Positions 1-10,309 of a stretch of DNA of 64,000 nucleotides are shown piece by piece. Made by a program: the position numbers and the translations under genes. Source of the stretch: an uncultured Cohaesibacter sp. (GTDB taxonomy: Bacteria; Pseudomonadota; Alphaproteobacteria; Rhizobiales; Cohaesibacteraceae); NCBI GenBank assembly GCA_963676485.1, contig OY781115.1; one strand, given 5' to 3'. How positions within the stretch are numbered: position 1 is the first letter of the stretch; each line of letters begins with the position of its first letter. Below the pieces are notes generated by a model. The model saw only the letters and a program-made list of their open reading frames with translations. It searched no databases and was not told the origin of the DNA.

Positions 1-910
1 GGAGCTTACGGGAAGCGAGAAAGCCCTGAGCATTATTCACGAATGGTTTGATGCGCGCTTGAGTGAGGGAACGCCCACCAAAAATATCAATACTGTAGCC
101 CCTTTCCTAACCCTTGCTAGCCTTTACGAACACGAGCCCAACCCTGTCTGGGTTCCGCTGATGGAGCGTTGGGCCGATTGGGTCATGTATGAAATGCCAC
201 GCACACGTGAGGGCGGCCTACAGCATATCGTCTATAACAGTGTCAATGATCAGCAGATGTGGGACGATACGCTCATGATGAGCGTGTTGCCACTGGCAAA
301 AATCGGGCTGGTGCTCAACAAGCCGGAATATGTCGAGGAAGCCAAATTCCAGTTCCTCAATCACATCCAGTATCTCTCCGACCGGGAGACCGGGCTTTGG
401 TTCCACGGCTGGACGTTCGATGGCAATCACAATTTCGCCAAAGCACTCTGGGCAAGGGGGAATAGCTGGATCACTATTGCCATTCCTGAATTTATCGACA
501 TGCTTGACCTTCAAGAAAGCGACCCGATCTGCCGCCATTTGCTTTCAACCCTGCGCTGTCAGGCTGAGGCCCTGAAAGACTATCAGGACGAGGAAACCGG
601 CTTATGGCATACGCTGATCAATGATCGTTCCAGCTACCTTGAGGCCTCCGCCACAGCCGGGTTCGCTTATGGACTGCTCAAGGGTGTGCGAAAGCGTTAT
701 CTCCCCGCTTCATTCGAACCCATAGCCGAAAAGGCCATAAAGGGTGTCATTAACAACATCAATGAAGAGGGGGAGTTGTTGCAGGTGTCGTTTGGCACGG
801 CTATGGGCACCGACCTCGACTTTTATCGCGAGATTGCGTTGACCTCGATGCCTTATGGGCAGGCGATGGCGATGTTCTGCCTGAGCGAATATCTACGAAC
901 CTACATATAG
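1..910 (+). CDS. GH105 (GH88/105) unsaturated rhamnogalacturonyl/uronyl hydrolase, 5'-partial
   Basis: Frame is open back to the window start (ELTGSEKALSIIHEWFDARL...). Motifs NINT, WDDTLMM (catalytic Asp), WARGNSW, LWHTLI and EASATA match YteR/YesR-type GH105. Confidence 0.9.
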   Translation, partial: ELTGSEKALSIIHEWFDARLSEGTPTKNINTVAPFLTLASLYEHEPNPVWVPLMERWADWVMYEMPRTREGGLQHIVYNSVNDQQMWDDTLMMSVLPLAKIGLVLNKPEYVEEAKFQFLNHIQYLSDRETGLWFHGWTFDGNHNFAKALWARGNSWITIAIPEFIDMLDLQESDPICRHLLSTLRCQAEALKDYQDEETGLWHTLINDRSSYLEASATAGFAYGLLKGVRKRYLPASFEPIAEKAIKGVINNINEEGELLQVSFGTAMGTDLDFYREIALTSMPYGQAMAMFCLSEYLRTYI

Positions 911-962
911 CAGGAAGGTAGGTTTCATTCCAATCTGAATAGTTTTTACGAGGAGGAGAATT

Positions 963-1934
963 ATGTTTAGAACGATTGGTGCACTGTCTATCGCAGCCCT
1001 GATGGTTGGCACAATGGCGGTAAAAGCTGAAACACTTAAGTTTGCCTATGCCAGCAACGCAACGCCTACGGTTGAGGCGATGAAGAAATTTGGCGAAATC
1101 CTTGAACAAAAAACCAACGGTGACATAACCGTTCAGTATTTTCCGGATAGCCAGTTGGGTGGCGAGCGTGAATTGGTTGAGCTGGTTCAGGCGGGTACCA
1201 TCGACTTTACCAAGGTATCTGGCGGTTTGATGGAAAGTTTCGCTCCTGTTTATGGTGTCTTTTCCATGCCATATCTCTTCAATAGCGAGGAGCATTTCTA
1301 CAAGGCAATGGACGATGCCCAGATTATGCAACCAATCTACGAGACCACCAAGGATCGCGGCATTGTTGGGCTGACTTATTTTAATTCGGGTGCGCGCAGC
1401 TTCTATACTGTCAAGAAGCCAATCAAAAGCGTTGCGGACCTGAAAGGCCTCAAATTCCGCGTTATGCAGAGTCCGACTTCGATCAAGATGGTTCAGCTGC
1501 TTGGCGCAACGCCGATCGCCATGGGGCAGGCCGAAGTCTATACCTCTCTGCAGCAAGGCGTTCTGGATGGTGCAGAAAACAACGAGTATGCCATTACCAT
1601 TGCTCGCCATGGCGAAGTGGCCAAATATTACAGCTATGATGTCCATACCCGCATTCCAGACATAATGCTGGTATCGAGAAAGACCCTTGAAAAGCTCTCG
1701 GACGAAAATCGCCAAGCTGTTCTGGATGCTGCCAGTGAAGCCACTGCATATCACAAACAGGTCTGGGCCGAAGCTATAGAAGCCGAAAAGAAAAAAGCTG
1801 AAGAAGACTTCGGTGTTCAGTTCTTCTATCCCGACGTTTCGGCGTTCCAAGCCGCTGTTCAGCCCATGTATAACGAGTTGAAAGCGGAACCAGAAAAATA
1901 TGCTGTCTATGAAGCAATCAAGGCTGTGAAATAA
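963..1934 (+). CDS. dctP: TRAP transporter substrate-binding protein
   Basis: Signal peptide, QLGGERE, GLKFRV, YTSLQQGVLDGAENN; AGGAGG RBS upstream. Confidence 0.93.
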   Translation: MFRTIGALSIAALMVGTMAVKAETLKFAYASNATPTVEAMKKFGEILEQKTNGDITVQYFPDSQLGGERELVELVQAGTIDFTKVSGGLMESFAPVYGVFSMPYLFNSEEHFYKAMDDAQIMQPIYETTKDRGIVGLTYFNSGARSFYTVKKPIKSVADLKGLKFRVMQSPTSIKMVQLLGATPIAMGQAEVYTSLQQGVLDGAENNEYAITIARHGEVAKYYSYDVHTRIPDIMLVSRKTLEKLSDENRQAVLDAASEATAYHKQVWAEAIEAEKKKAEEDFGVQFFYPDVSAFQAAVQPMYNELKAEPEKYAVYEAIKAVK

Positions 1935-2446
1935 TGACATACGCAAGGAGAATTCTCGACAGAATAGTGGGAACAGTCTGCTGTCTGATTCTGGGAGGTA
2001 TGGTTCTGGTACTCGCCTGGCAGGTCTTTAGCCGCTATGCGCTAAATGCTCCATCCACCTATTCCGAGGAAATCTTGCGCTATGGCATGATCTGGTCGTC
2101 CCTGTTAGGGGCGGCCTTTGCATGCGGCCGGCAGTCCCACATGGCGATCTATTTGCTCCGGGATACGATGAGCGGTCGCGTGCGCACGATTCTCAATCTG
2201 CTTACCCCTTTGGCTTTCATCATCTTTGCCTGTGCGGTTCTGATTGCAGGCGGACTTCGCGCCGTAGATGTCGCTCAAAGTCAGACAAGCCCCGTTATGC
2301 AAATACCTATGGTCTGGGTGTATGTGGCTATGCCCGTCAGTGGTGTCCTGATTGTCATCTATAGCGTGATGGAACTGATTGAAGCGTCCTCCGGGACAAG
2401 GCTTGAAACAAGTTCCATCGAGCAATCTGTAATTTCTGGAGAATAA
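1934..2446 (+). CDS. dctQ: TRAP transporter small permease
   Basis: 4 TM segments, QVFSRY, SEEILRY; shares one base with the dctP stop. Confidence 0.92.
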   Translation: MTYARRILDRIVGTVCCLILGGMVLVLAWQVFSRYALNAPSTYSEEILRYGMIWSSLLGAAFACGRQSHMAIYLLRDTMSGRVRTILNLLTPLAFIIFACAVLIAGGLRAVDVAQSQTSPVMQIPMVWVYVAMPVSGVLIVIYSVMELIEASSGTRLETSSIEQSVISGE

Positions 2447-2448
2447 CA

Positions 2449-3747
2449 ATGGCAGCTGTTTCAGGCCTCGTTCTTATTGCCGTGTTTGGTGGCTTGGCCA
2501 TATTGGGCATTCCGCTTGCCATCTCGATTGTTGCAGCAGCCTTCGCTTCGGTTCTTCTTGTCATCCCCCCTGACATGGCACTGTTCACCTCTGCGCAAAA
2601 GATGGTTGCCAGCCTTGACAGTTTCTCGCTGTTGGCCGTTCCCTTTTTCATTCTTTCTGGAGTGATGATGAATTCGGGCGGCATCGCTGTACGGCTGGTG
2701 AATTTCGCCAAGCTGATTGCGGGGCGTATTCCCGGCTCTCTGGCGCAGACCAACATAGCAGGCAACATGCTGTTTGGCTGTATATCAGGGTCAGCGATTG
2801 CGGCATCCACCTCCATTGGCGGGGTCATGATCCCAATTCAGGTGAAAGAAGGTTATGATCGTGATCTAGCAGCTGCAGTGAACATCGCCTCTGCTCCGAC
2901 GGGCATGCTCATTCCGCCAACCACTGCCTTTATTATCTATTCGCTTGTTTCTGGAGGAACATCGATTGCGGCGCTGTTTGTTGGTGGTGCGATTGCCGGA
3001 ACCCTGTGGGGGGTAGGGCTGATGATCATGACATCAATCATCGCCAAAAAACGCGGTTATCCTGTAACCAGTTTTCCCTCTTGCCGCGAGGCACTGAAGA
3101 TCACGCAAGACGCCATACCAAGCCTTCTGCTCATCGCATTCGTCATTGGGGGGATCATGCTGGGCATTGTTACGCCAGTTGAAGCTTCCGGGATCGCGGT
3201 GATCTATACCATGCTGCTGGCCTTTGTCATTCATCGAACGACACCATTCAGGGATTTTCCGAAATTTCTCCTGGAAACCTCTATCATGACAGGCGCTATC
3301 ATGATGCTGCTGGCAGCGTCCGCAGCTCTTTCCTTTTCGATGGCTTTTACAGGCATTCCGGCAGCAGTTACCAATCTCGTTCTGGGCATCTCCGAGAATC
3401 CGATCATCGTCATGCTGATCATCAATCTATTGTTGATCGTTATCGGATGCTTCATGGATATTGGCCCTGCCATCCTGATCTTTACACCAATATTGCTGCC
3501 AATCGCTCAGAAGATCGGCGTGGATCCGGTTCATTTTGGAGTTATCATGATATTCAATCTGGCGATCGGCACCATCACCCCTCCGGTCGGAACGGGGCTG
3601 TTTATTGGCGCGAGTGTTGCCAAAATTAAGGTGGAAAAAGCGATTGTTGCTCTTCTCCCATTTTATATCCTTCTCTTTGGCACTCTATTCTTGGTCACCT
3701 ACTTTCCGGATCTGACCATGGCGCTGCCTCGTTGGCTCGGCTTGTGA
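2449..3747 (+). CDS. dctM: TRAP transporter large permease
   Basis: LLAVPFFILSG, GMLIPP, TPVEAS, GTITPPVG motifs; about 12 TM. Confidence 0.93.
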   Translation: MAAVSGLVLIAVFGGLAILGIPLAISIVAAAFASVLLVIPPDMALFTSAQKMVASLDSFSLLAVPFFILSGVMMNSGGIAVRLVNFAKLIAGRIPGSLAQTNIAGNMLFGCISGSAIAASTSIGGVMIPIQVKEGYDRDLAAAVNIASAPTGMLIPPTTAFIIYSLVSGGTSIAALFVGGAIAGTLWGVGLMIMTSIIAKKRGYPVTSFPSCREALKITQDAIPSLLLIAFVIGGIMLGIVTPVEASGIAVIYTMLLAFVIHRTTPFRDFPKFLLETSIMTGAIMMLLAASAALSFSMAFTGIPAAVTNLVLGISENPIIVMLIINLLLIVIGCFMDIGPAILIFTPILLPIAQKIGVDPVHFGVIMIFNLAIGTITPPVGTGLFIGASVAKIKVEKAIVALLPFYILLFGTLFLVTYFPDLTMALPRWLGL

Positions 3748-4163
3748 CGCGATCCAAGCCCTAAACCGGGACGTGTAACGCTCTTCTGGAATTTATGGAG
3801 ACAACACGTCATCAGAAGGCAAAATGAACGCTGATAGTGCCGAAGGTCGGTTCCTATACTGAGGGCGTTCTTCAGATATGTATCGGCTTTGGCGCAGCAT
3901 TTCCGATCAAAAAAACTTGCGCTCTGCTGACTGCATAAATCTTGGCTTGAAGCAGGTCCCCATAAAAGCAGGTTCTGAATCGTGATTCAGGTCTCGATGC
4001 CCATTTGGGTCACCTAAGACTGCTTGGGTCAGGAAGCGTTCTGCCTTGAACTTGCGACAAGGAAATGGCTGGGGGCTGCATGACAGATCAATGTTATGGG
4101 CGCTTTACCAAAGGCTTGCGAGTGCGTTTGGCTTGGATGCGCCAACCAAGGAAATGTCTGAAA

Positions 4164-5180
4164 ATGCTCAAATTATTCGTCAGTATTGTTGTGCTGATTT
4201 CTTTTGCCACCGTTGCAGAGGCTGAGAATATCGGCTTTCGCACGGTTGGTATCGGCGGGGAGGGACCCCGCCCGCTGAATGTCGCGCTCTGGTATCCGAC
4301 CAAGGGCACCGGCCCGGAAGGTGTCGTTGCGGAAACCCCAGCCTTTGAGGGGGAGCCCGTCATCCGCGAAGCGAGACCATCGGCTGGGTCGCATCCTCTG
4401 GTCGTGCTGTCCCATGGTTATGGCGGCACCTGGCGCAATCTTAGCTGGCTGGCGGTGGATTTGGCCAAACGGGGCTATGCGGTTGCAGCACCCGATCATC
4501 CCGGAACAACGCATTTCAACCGCGATCGTAGGCAGGCAGCGATGCTTTGGGAGCGCCCGCATGATCTGAGCCGGGTGATCGACGCATTGGAGAAAGATCA
4601 GGCGTTGGTTGGCGCTATCGACCCTCAGCGTATCGCAGCCATCGGTCATTCACTGGGTGGCTGGAGCGTTACGGCGCTCGCCGGTGCACGGTTCGATCCT
4701 GATCTTTTGGCCAAGGCGTGCAGCTCCTATGCCCAATCGAGAAGTTGCACTGTCGATGATCTGGGGCTGACCGCTCCTCGGCTCAGGCAGAATATGCGCG
4801 ACCCACGGATCCGGGCCTTCGTGTCGCTTGATCTTGGTATGGCACAGGGCTTCACCCGAAAGAGTCTTGCAGAAGTCTCTATTCCAGCGCTGTTGATTGG
4901 TGCGGGGGTCGATATCGGTGATATGCCTGCGGAAAAAGAAACCGGCTGGCTCGCCAAAAATCTTCCCGCTCAGAGCACGCAAACACACATGATCCCTGAC
5001 GCAATGCATTTCAGCTTCCTTCAGCTTTGCAAGCCGGGTGCAGAGGCAATGATCGAGGCAGAAGATCCGGGCGACGGGATCGTTTGCCGGGATGGCGGAG
5101 ATCGGGGCCGGGGGGCGATTCATGCCGAGGTTGCTGGCTTGGTCACCGAGTTCTTGGATCGAGTGCTGTCCCCGCACTGA
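4164..5180 (+). CDS. Secreted alpha/beta-fold hydrolase (dienelactone hydrolase/PAF-acetylhydrolase-like)
   Basis: Signal peptide from MLKLFV (start 4164 preferred over the ORF-track start 4065), SHGYGG oxyanion loop, GHSLGG nucleophile elbow, DAMHFSF His. Confidence 0.82.
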   Translation: MLKLFVSIVVLISFATVAEAENIGFRTVGIGGEGPRPLNVALWYPTKGTGPEGVVAETPAFEGEPVIREARPSAGSHPLVVLSHGYGGTWRNLSWLAVDLAKRGYAVAAPDHPGTTHFNRDRRQAAMLWERPHDLSRVIDALEKDQALVGAIDPQRIAAIGHSLGGWSVTALAGARFDPDLLAKACSSYAQSRSCTVDDLGLTAPRLRQNMRDPRIRAFVSLDLGMAQGFTRKSLAEVSIPALLIGAGVDIGDMPAEKETGWLAKNLPAQSTQTHMIPDAMHFSFLQLCKPGAEAMIEAEDPGDGIVCRDGGDRGRGAIHAEVAGLVTEFLDRVLSPH

Positions 5181-6207
5181 GGTCCATTTTCGCCCGGCGG
5201 CGCCAGTCGCTGGGCGAAAGCCCCGTCACGCTGCGGAAGGTGGTGTTGAAATTCGATTTCGTCTGAAAGCCGCACTCGAACATGATTTCGGTCACGCTGC
5301 GGTCGGATTGTTCCAGAAGCGCTTGCGCTTCGCGAATGCGCCATCTGTTGATCTCCTGCGAGACATTGCGTCCGAGCCTGCGATTAACCGCTTGGGATAT
5401 CTGGCGTCCCGGAATGCCGACCCGTCTTGCCAGCCGCTCCAATGTCAGATCGGGATCGCGATAGAGATGACGTTCCTTCAGAACCCGGTGGAATTCGGCA
5501 AGGACATGCGCGTCATCGGCCCCTGTCAGATCTTCTGCTCTGAGGTTATCAGTCGCCTGAGGCTCGTCACTTTCCGGCAGGTTGCGTGTCACAGAAAGCA
5601 CCACCCAAGCGACCAGAGGCAGCAGCAGCATATTGCCGACACTCACGATCGTTGCTACATGCGTCCCTCCGCCCAGCTCGAAATCAAGGGCGATCGTCAG
5701 GTCGACCATTCCGGATAGCAGCAGCATGAATCCGACAAATGCTGCCACTCGATCAGGTGGCACCGACGTGCCCAGGCGGGCGCCTGCAAAGTGCTCCTCG
5801 CCCTGCATCCCGCGCCAGATCAAGGCACAACCATAGCCGAAAAACAGGCAGGCCAAAATCGCGTCAATCGGAGTGTGGACCCATTGCCAGAAGAGCGAAA
5901 GGAGAAGGATGACCGCGCCGGGCAAGAAATGCGGCCAGACAGTGCGGCGACGGCCACCACTTAGCCCCGAAAAGCACAACCATGCTGCTGGAGGCAGGAG
6001 AGACGCAAAGACAGGCTGGAGAAAACGAAAGACCGGCGCGTCAAAGCTCCATCGCAGACTCACAATGATCATCAGCGCTGTACTGGCTGCTAGAAACACG
6101 GTGATGGCGCGCAACCGCCGCTCGCGCTGCATCAGAACGAAGCACAGTAAAAAGCCAAGGAAAATCGCAACAACGGCGGGAAGCGGGATCAGAATCATGC
6201 CACACAT
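5143..6207 (-). CDS. Membrane-anchored AraC-family transcriptional regulator
   Basis: About 6 hydrophobic N-terminal helices; C-terminal LTLERLARR...CGFQTKSNFNTTFR HTH. Alternative start 6198. Confidence 0.88.
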   Translation of the reverse strand: MCGMILIPLPAVVAIFLGFLLCFVLMQRERRLRAITVFLAASTALMIIVSLRWSFDAPVFRFLQPVFASLLPPAAWLCFSGLSGGRRRTVWPHFLPGAVILLLSLFWQWVHTPIDAILACLFFGYGCALIWRGMQGEEHFAGARLGTSVPPDRVAAFVGFMLLLSGMVDLTIALDFELGGGTHVATIVSVGNMLLLPLVAWVVLSVTRNLPESDEPQATDNLRAEDLTGADDAHVLAEFHRVLKERHLYRDPDLTLERLARRVGIPGRQISQAVNRRLGRNVSQEINRWRIREAQALLEQSDRSVTEIMFECGFQTKSNFNTTFRSVTGLSPSDWRRRAKMDLSAGTALDPRTR

Positions 6208-6410
6208 TTAGCACACCCCGCCCTTGTATCAAGACGGCAAATTGGGTTCGAAGTTGACGCATGCTGCCATCCATCGCGCTATGATGTTGTTGGAGCCCGA
6301 AGCCGTATGCGTGGCTGATTGCCATCAGCCTTGACCGCAAAGATTCTTTTCAAGCCTCTTTTGGGTCGCTATGGGGCAAGAGCGCTCGATATGTCGCGCC
6401 TATCTGCTCC

Positions 6411-7220
6411 TTATTGCAATTCATTGATGTAGCGGTGGTTGCGGGTGGTTGCCCTGTGCTTGGTGAATAGCATGGGTGTGCCCGTTTGATCGTAGGCAAC
6501 TTCCTCTATCGTCAATACGGCACTTGGCGCTTCCAGCTCCAGATAGGCAAGGTCATCCTCATTGGCGAGTTCCGCTGCAATCTTTTCGCGCACTGCCGAA
6601 ATACGAATATCGTAATGTTCAAGCAGATATAGAAAGAGCAAAGCAGGGACATCTTCCGCATTCCTGGGGAAGTCTACCAGTTTCTCTGATGGCATTGTCA
6701 CGGTTTCAACCATCACGGGCCTGTTGTGCGCACTGCGAACACGCGCCAGACGGATGACGGGGGCTGCGGGAACAACTCTCAGATTCTCTGATTCGATATC
6801 CGTGGCTTCGCCAAACTCCAGAGACAGATTTCTGGCCTGTGAATGCTGCAGGGACCCGTCCAAACCATGCAGGCGGAAATACTGAAAGAAAAAGCGCAGG
6901 CTGTGTTGGGGCGTGCGGCCAGTGACCACTGTGCCGGTCTTGCGGCGGCGGCTGAGCATGCCTTCATTGGTCAATTCGCTCAGCGCCCGACGGATCGTCC
7001 CAACCGAAACACGCAGCATCCGCGCCAGTTCTACTTCGCTGGGCAAGACCGTGCCCGCAGGCCATTTGCCCATCATGATAGCTTCAAAGATTTGTTTCTT
7101 GACCACGAGGTAGAGGGGCTGGGCTCTTTCAGCCATTGACGGTGAAAAATCATCATCCTGCGCCTTGGGAAATAGGGCCTGCAGCGTCTCGTCATCTTTC
7201 ATATTGACAATCCATCTCAT
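6411..7220 (-). CDS. GntR-family regulator (HutC/UTRA subfamily)
   Basis: LPSEVELARMLRVSVGTIRRAL...GTVV winged HTH plus a UTRA-type C-terminal domain. Confidence 0.92.
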   Translation of the reverse strand: MRWIVNMKDDETLQALFPKAQDDDFSPSMAERAQPLYLVVKKQIFEAIMMGKWPAGTVLPSEVELARMLRVSVGTIRRALSELTNEGMLSRRRKTGTVVTGRTPQHSLRFFFQYFRLHGLDGSLQHSQARNLSLEFGEATDIESENLRVVPAAPVIRLARVRSAHNRPVMVETVTMPSEKLVDFPRNAEDVPALLFLYLLEHYDIRISAVREKIAAELANEDDLAYLELEAPSAVLTIEEVAYDQTGTPMLFTKHRATTRNHRYINELQ

Positions 7221-7234
7221 TTGCTCGCATTATA

Positions 7235-7255
7235 TTTCTATATAGTTTATAGAAA
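7235..7255. promoter_or_regulatory. Putative GntR operator TTTCTATA-N5-TATAGAAA
   Basis: Perfect 8-bp inverted repeat containing CTATATAG in the 70-bp divergent gap between gntR and the amidohydrolase operon. Confidence 0.6.
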
Positions 7256-7290
7256 ACATTCGCCACCGTCCACTATCCAGAGGCAACAAG

Positions 7291-8601
7291 GTGTCAAACA
7301 AAAGCAACTCTCTACATTTGCATCAAGCTTTGCAATCGGCATTTGAAGCCATTGAGACATCTGTCAAGACCGCAGAGGATGCGCTGGCGCAGATGATCGC
7401 GACCGACACCACTTTCCCTCCGGGAGAGGGCTACGGAGCCTTTGCAGATCTGGCGCAGTCGCTGTTTGAACCGCTGTCTTTTGATTGCAAATGCGTATCG
7501 GTGCCCGAGGAATTGTGGAAAACACCTACGGGCAAAGCGTCTGGCGAACGGGTCAATCTGATTGGTGAGCGTGTAACGGGCAAGCCGGTTTGTGGACTCT
7601 ATTTCCACGTTGATACGGTGCCCGTTGCACCGGGCTGGAGCTATGATCCGTTTGCCATGACCAAAGTGGATGATCGGCTCTACGGGCTGGGGGCTGCGGA
7701 TATGAAGGGCACCATGGCTGCCTGCTATCTGGCGCTCAAGGTGGCCAGAAACCTTGATATTCCGCTTGCCTATGATCCCATGCTTCTGTTTTGCACTGAT
7801 GAGGAATCCGGTCTTTATCCCGGCATTCGTTATCTGGCGGAACAAGGCCATCTCAAGGGCCATATTCTCAATTTCAACGGCACAGCTGCCCCGCGCATCT
7901 GGGCGGGATGCTTCGGCGTCTTTGCGCTTACACTATCCATTCACGGCGTACCCGTGCATGCGGGGGAAGGCAATCGCAGCGGGGCTGGGGCCAATGCGAT
8001 CGAAGCCAGCATCCCGCTGATGAATGCGCTCATGACGCTCAAGGAACGGGTCGGCGCGCGTGCCTCAAAGCTTGCTCCTGCACCTGGTGCAAGCGGTCCC
8101 TTGCGACCTCAGCTCTATATCGCTGCTGCCAATGGCGGGACGGCCCCGGGTCAGGTGCCGGGTTGTTTTGAGTTGCTGATCGGGCGGCGTTATGCGCCTG
8201 AAGAATCCTATGAGGACGCCCGCGCGGAAATCGAGGCATGCATCCATGCGGCCTTGGATGATCTTGACATGATCACCTATAGCATCGAGCAGACATCCCA
8301 TCTGACCCCGACGGCTGACGCTGATGGGCCACACTGGCCCCGCTGGCAACAGGCGCTGAGTGCGGGCTTTGGCTATCACAGGCAAGAGTTTGCCAAATGG
8401 GGCGCGGCCAGCTGTTCGGACTTCGGATATGTCCAGCAGGCCGGCGTGATGCAGGAAGTCCTGCTTGGCGGGCTGGGAAAACCGTCCCGCAATGTGCACG
8501 GTCCCGATGAACACACAACGACACCAGACATCATCGCGCTTGCCAAAAGCGTGCTGTCCTATCTGGCCTCAGACTTCGAACCGGATATGATTCCGGATTA
8601 A
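7291..8601 (+). CDS. M20-family metallo-amidohydrolase (ArgE/DapE-like)
   Basis: HVDTVP, GLGAADMKG, TDEESG, VHGPDE motifs; GTG start. Confidence 0.85.
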   Translation: MSNKSNSLHLHQALQSAFEAIETSVKTAEDALAQMIATDTTFPPGEGYGAFADLAQSLFEPLSFDCKCVSVPEELWKTPTGKASGERVNLIGERVTGKPVCGLYFHVDTVPVAPGWSYDPFAMTKVDDRLYGLGAADMKGTMAACYLALKVARNLDIPLAYDPMLLFCTDEESGLYPGIRYLAEQGHLKGHILNFNGTAAPRIWAGCFGVFALTLSIHGVPVHAGEGNRSGAGANAIEASIPLMNALMTLKERVGARASKLAPAPGASGPLRPQLYIAAANGGTAPGQVPGCFELLIGRRYAPEESYEDARAEIEACIHAALDDLDMITYSIEQTSHLTPTADADGPHWPRWQQALSAGFGYHRQEFAKWGAASCSDFGYVQQAGVMQEVLLGGLGKPSRNVHGPDEHTTTPDIIALAKSVLSYLASDFEPDMIPD

Positions 8602-8649
8602 AAACTAAAAAATCAGCCGAAAATCACCTCAAGAAGGAACGAACAAACA

Positions 8650-10209
8650 ATGCTAAAAACAACCCGCAGACGTTTTCTCCTCGGCACTGCCTTTGTGGCA
8701 GCGTCCGCGTCTCTCTCTCTTTCAGTCCCCGCATTTGCCCAGGCTCCGGTAAAGGGTGGCACCCTGCGTGTTGCCATCGATCAGGCTGCCAGTGTGCTCA
8801 ACCCGCTGCTCGTTCGGGTCAATCCCGAATATATGCTGTCCGAACTGCTCTATAGTGGCCTTACGCGCCTCAAGGTGGATATGAGCCCGGAAGCCGATCT
8901 GGCCGAAAGCTGGAGCCCCAATGAGGATCTCACCGAATGGACCTTCACCCTGCGCAAGGGCGTCACGTTCCATGATGGCTCGGCGATGACCGCTGCGGAT
9001 GTGGTTGCATCCTACAAGGCGATCCTCAATCCGGACACCGCTTCTCCGGGACGCAAGAATATCGGTCCAATCGCCGATGTGATTGCCAAGGATGATCTCA
9101 CCGTCGTCTTCAAGCTGACCGGGCCCTATGCCGACATGCCAGTCGCCACCGCCTATATGAGCGCCAAGATTGTTCCCGCTGCCATCATTGAGAGCGGCTT
9201 TGACAAGCTCTCCAGCGAAGCCGTTGGCACCGGTCCGTTCAAACTGGTTTCCTTCGAGCCGGACCGTCAGATCGTGGTTGAGCGCAACCCGGACTATTAT
9301 GATCCTGAGCGCCCCTATCTGGACAAGGTCGTTCTTAATGTCTACCCGGATTCAACCGCAGAAAGTTCAGCGCTTATCGCTGGCGAGATCGATCTGATCT
9401 CCACGCTTGATCCGACCGAATATATGCGTCTTGACGGCACCGATGGCATCGACCTGGAACGTGTCGCCTCCGGTCAGTTCTGCAACGTCAATATGCGCTG
9501 CGACGTCAAGCCGTTTGATGATCCGCGCGTCCGTCAGGCTCTCGCCCTGACGGTGGATCGCGACGCCATGATCCAGTTTGTCACCGAAGGTTTCGGCACG
9601 GCGGGCAACGACACGCCGATCAACAATGCTTATCGCTTCTATTCCGAATTGCCGCTGCGCAAGCCGGACATCGAGAAGGCCAAGCAGCTGCTGGCGGACG
9701 CTGGCTACGCCGATGGTGTCAAGATCACGCTGGTGGCGTCTGAAAAGCCGGCCCTGCGTACCCAGCTAGCTGTTGCCTTGCGCGAGATGGCCAAGCCTGC
9801 GGGCTTTGATATTGAAGTGCAGACGATGCCCCATGCCACCTATCTGGATCAGGTCTGGAAGAAGGGCAATTTCTATGTTGGCTTCTACAATATGCAGCCA
9901 ACCGAAGACGGTATCTTCAAATTGCTCTACACGTCTGACGCGGCCTGGAATGAAACGCGCTGGAACAATTCCGCTTTTGACAAGGCAGTGAACGACGCCC
10001 GTGTGACAGCTGATGATGCGATCCGCGCCAAGCTTTATGCCGAGGCCCAGACGCTTCAGTATGAGGGTGTTCCATCCCTCATCCCGACCTTCTTTGATGT
10101 GCTGGGTGCCAAGCGCACATGGGTTGAAGCCTATGAGATTCATCCGCGCGCTTCGGTGTTCCGTTTCGATCATACATGGTTGAGCGACAAGGCTCCGACA
10201 CGGTCATAA
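8650..10209 (+). CDS. Peptide/nickel-type (family 5) ABC substrate-binding protein, Tat signal
   Basis: TRRRFL Tat motif; FTLRKGVTFHDG, GTGPFKL, VRQALALTVDR. Confidence 0.92.
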   Translation: MLKTTRRRFLLGTAFVAASASLSLSVPAFAQAPVKGGTLRVAIDQAASVLNPLLVRVNPEYMLSELLYSGLTRLKVDMSPEADLAESWSPNEDLTEWTFTLRKGVTFHDGSAMTAADVVASYKAILNPDTASPGRKNIGPIADVIAKDDLTVVFKLTGPYADMPVATAYMSAKIVPAAIIESGFDKLSSEAVGTGPFKLVSFEPDRQIVVERNPDYYDPERPYLDKVVLNVYPDSTAESSALIAGEIDLISTLDPTEYMRLDGTDGIDLERVASGQFCNVNMRCDVKPFDDPRVRQALALTVDRDAMIQFVTEGFGTAGNDTPINNAYRFYSELPLRKPDIEKAKQLLADAGYADGVKITLVASEKPALRTQLAVALREMAKPAGFDIEVQTMPHATYLDQVWKKGNFYVGFYNMQPTEDGIFKLLYTSDAAWNETRWNNSAFDKAVNDARVTADDAIRAKLYAEAQTLQYEGVPSLIPTFFDVLGAKRTWVEAYEIHPRASVFRFDHTWLSDKAPTRS

Positions 10210-10309
10210 TCTTCTCCTAGCAAGTTCACTGCTGCCGACGGCCTGACGGGTCCGGGTTCCCTCTCTTGGATCTGTCGGGCCGCCGGTAACAAACAACAGG
10301 AATAAAACG

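Noticed and set aside
3748-4160. Fragments resembling alphaproteobacterial intergenic repeats (TTGGGTC...GAAGCG)
   Set aside because: Too short and degenerate; no second full copy in the window and no coding remnant recognised.
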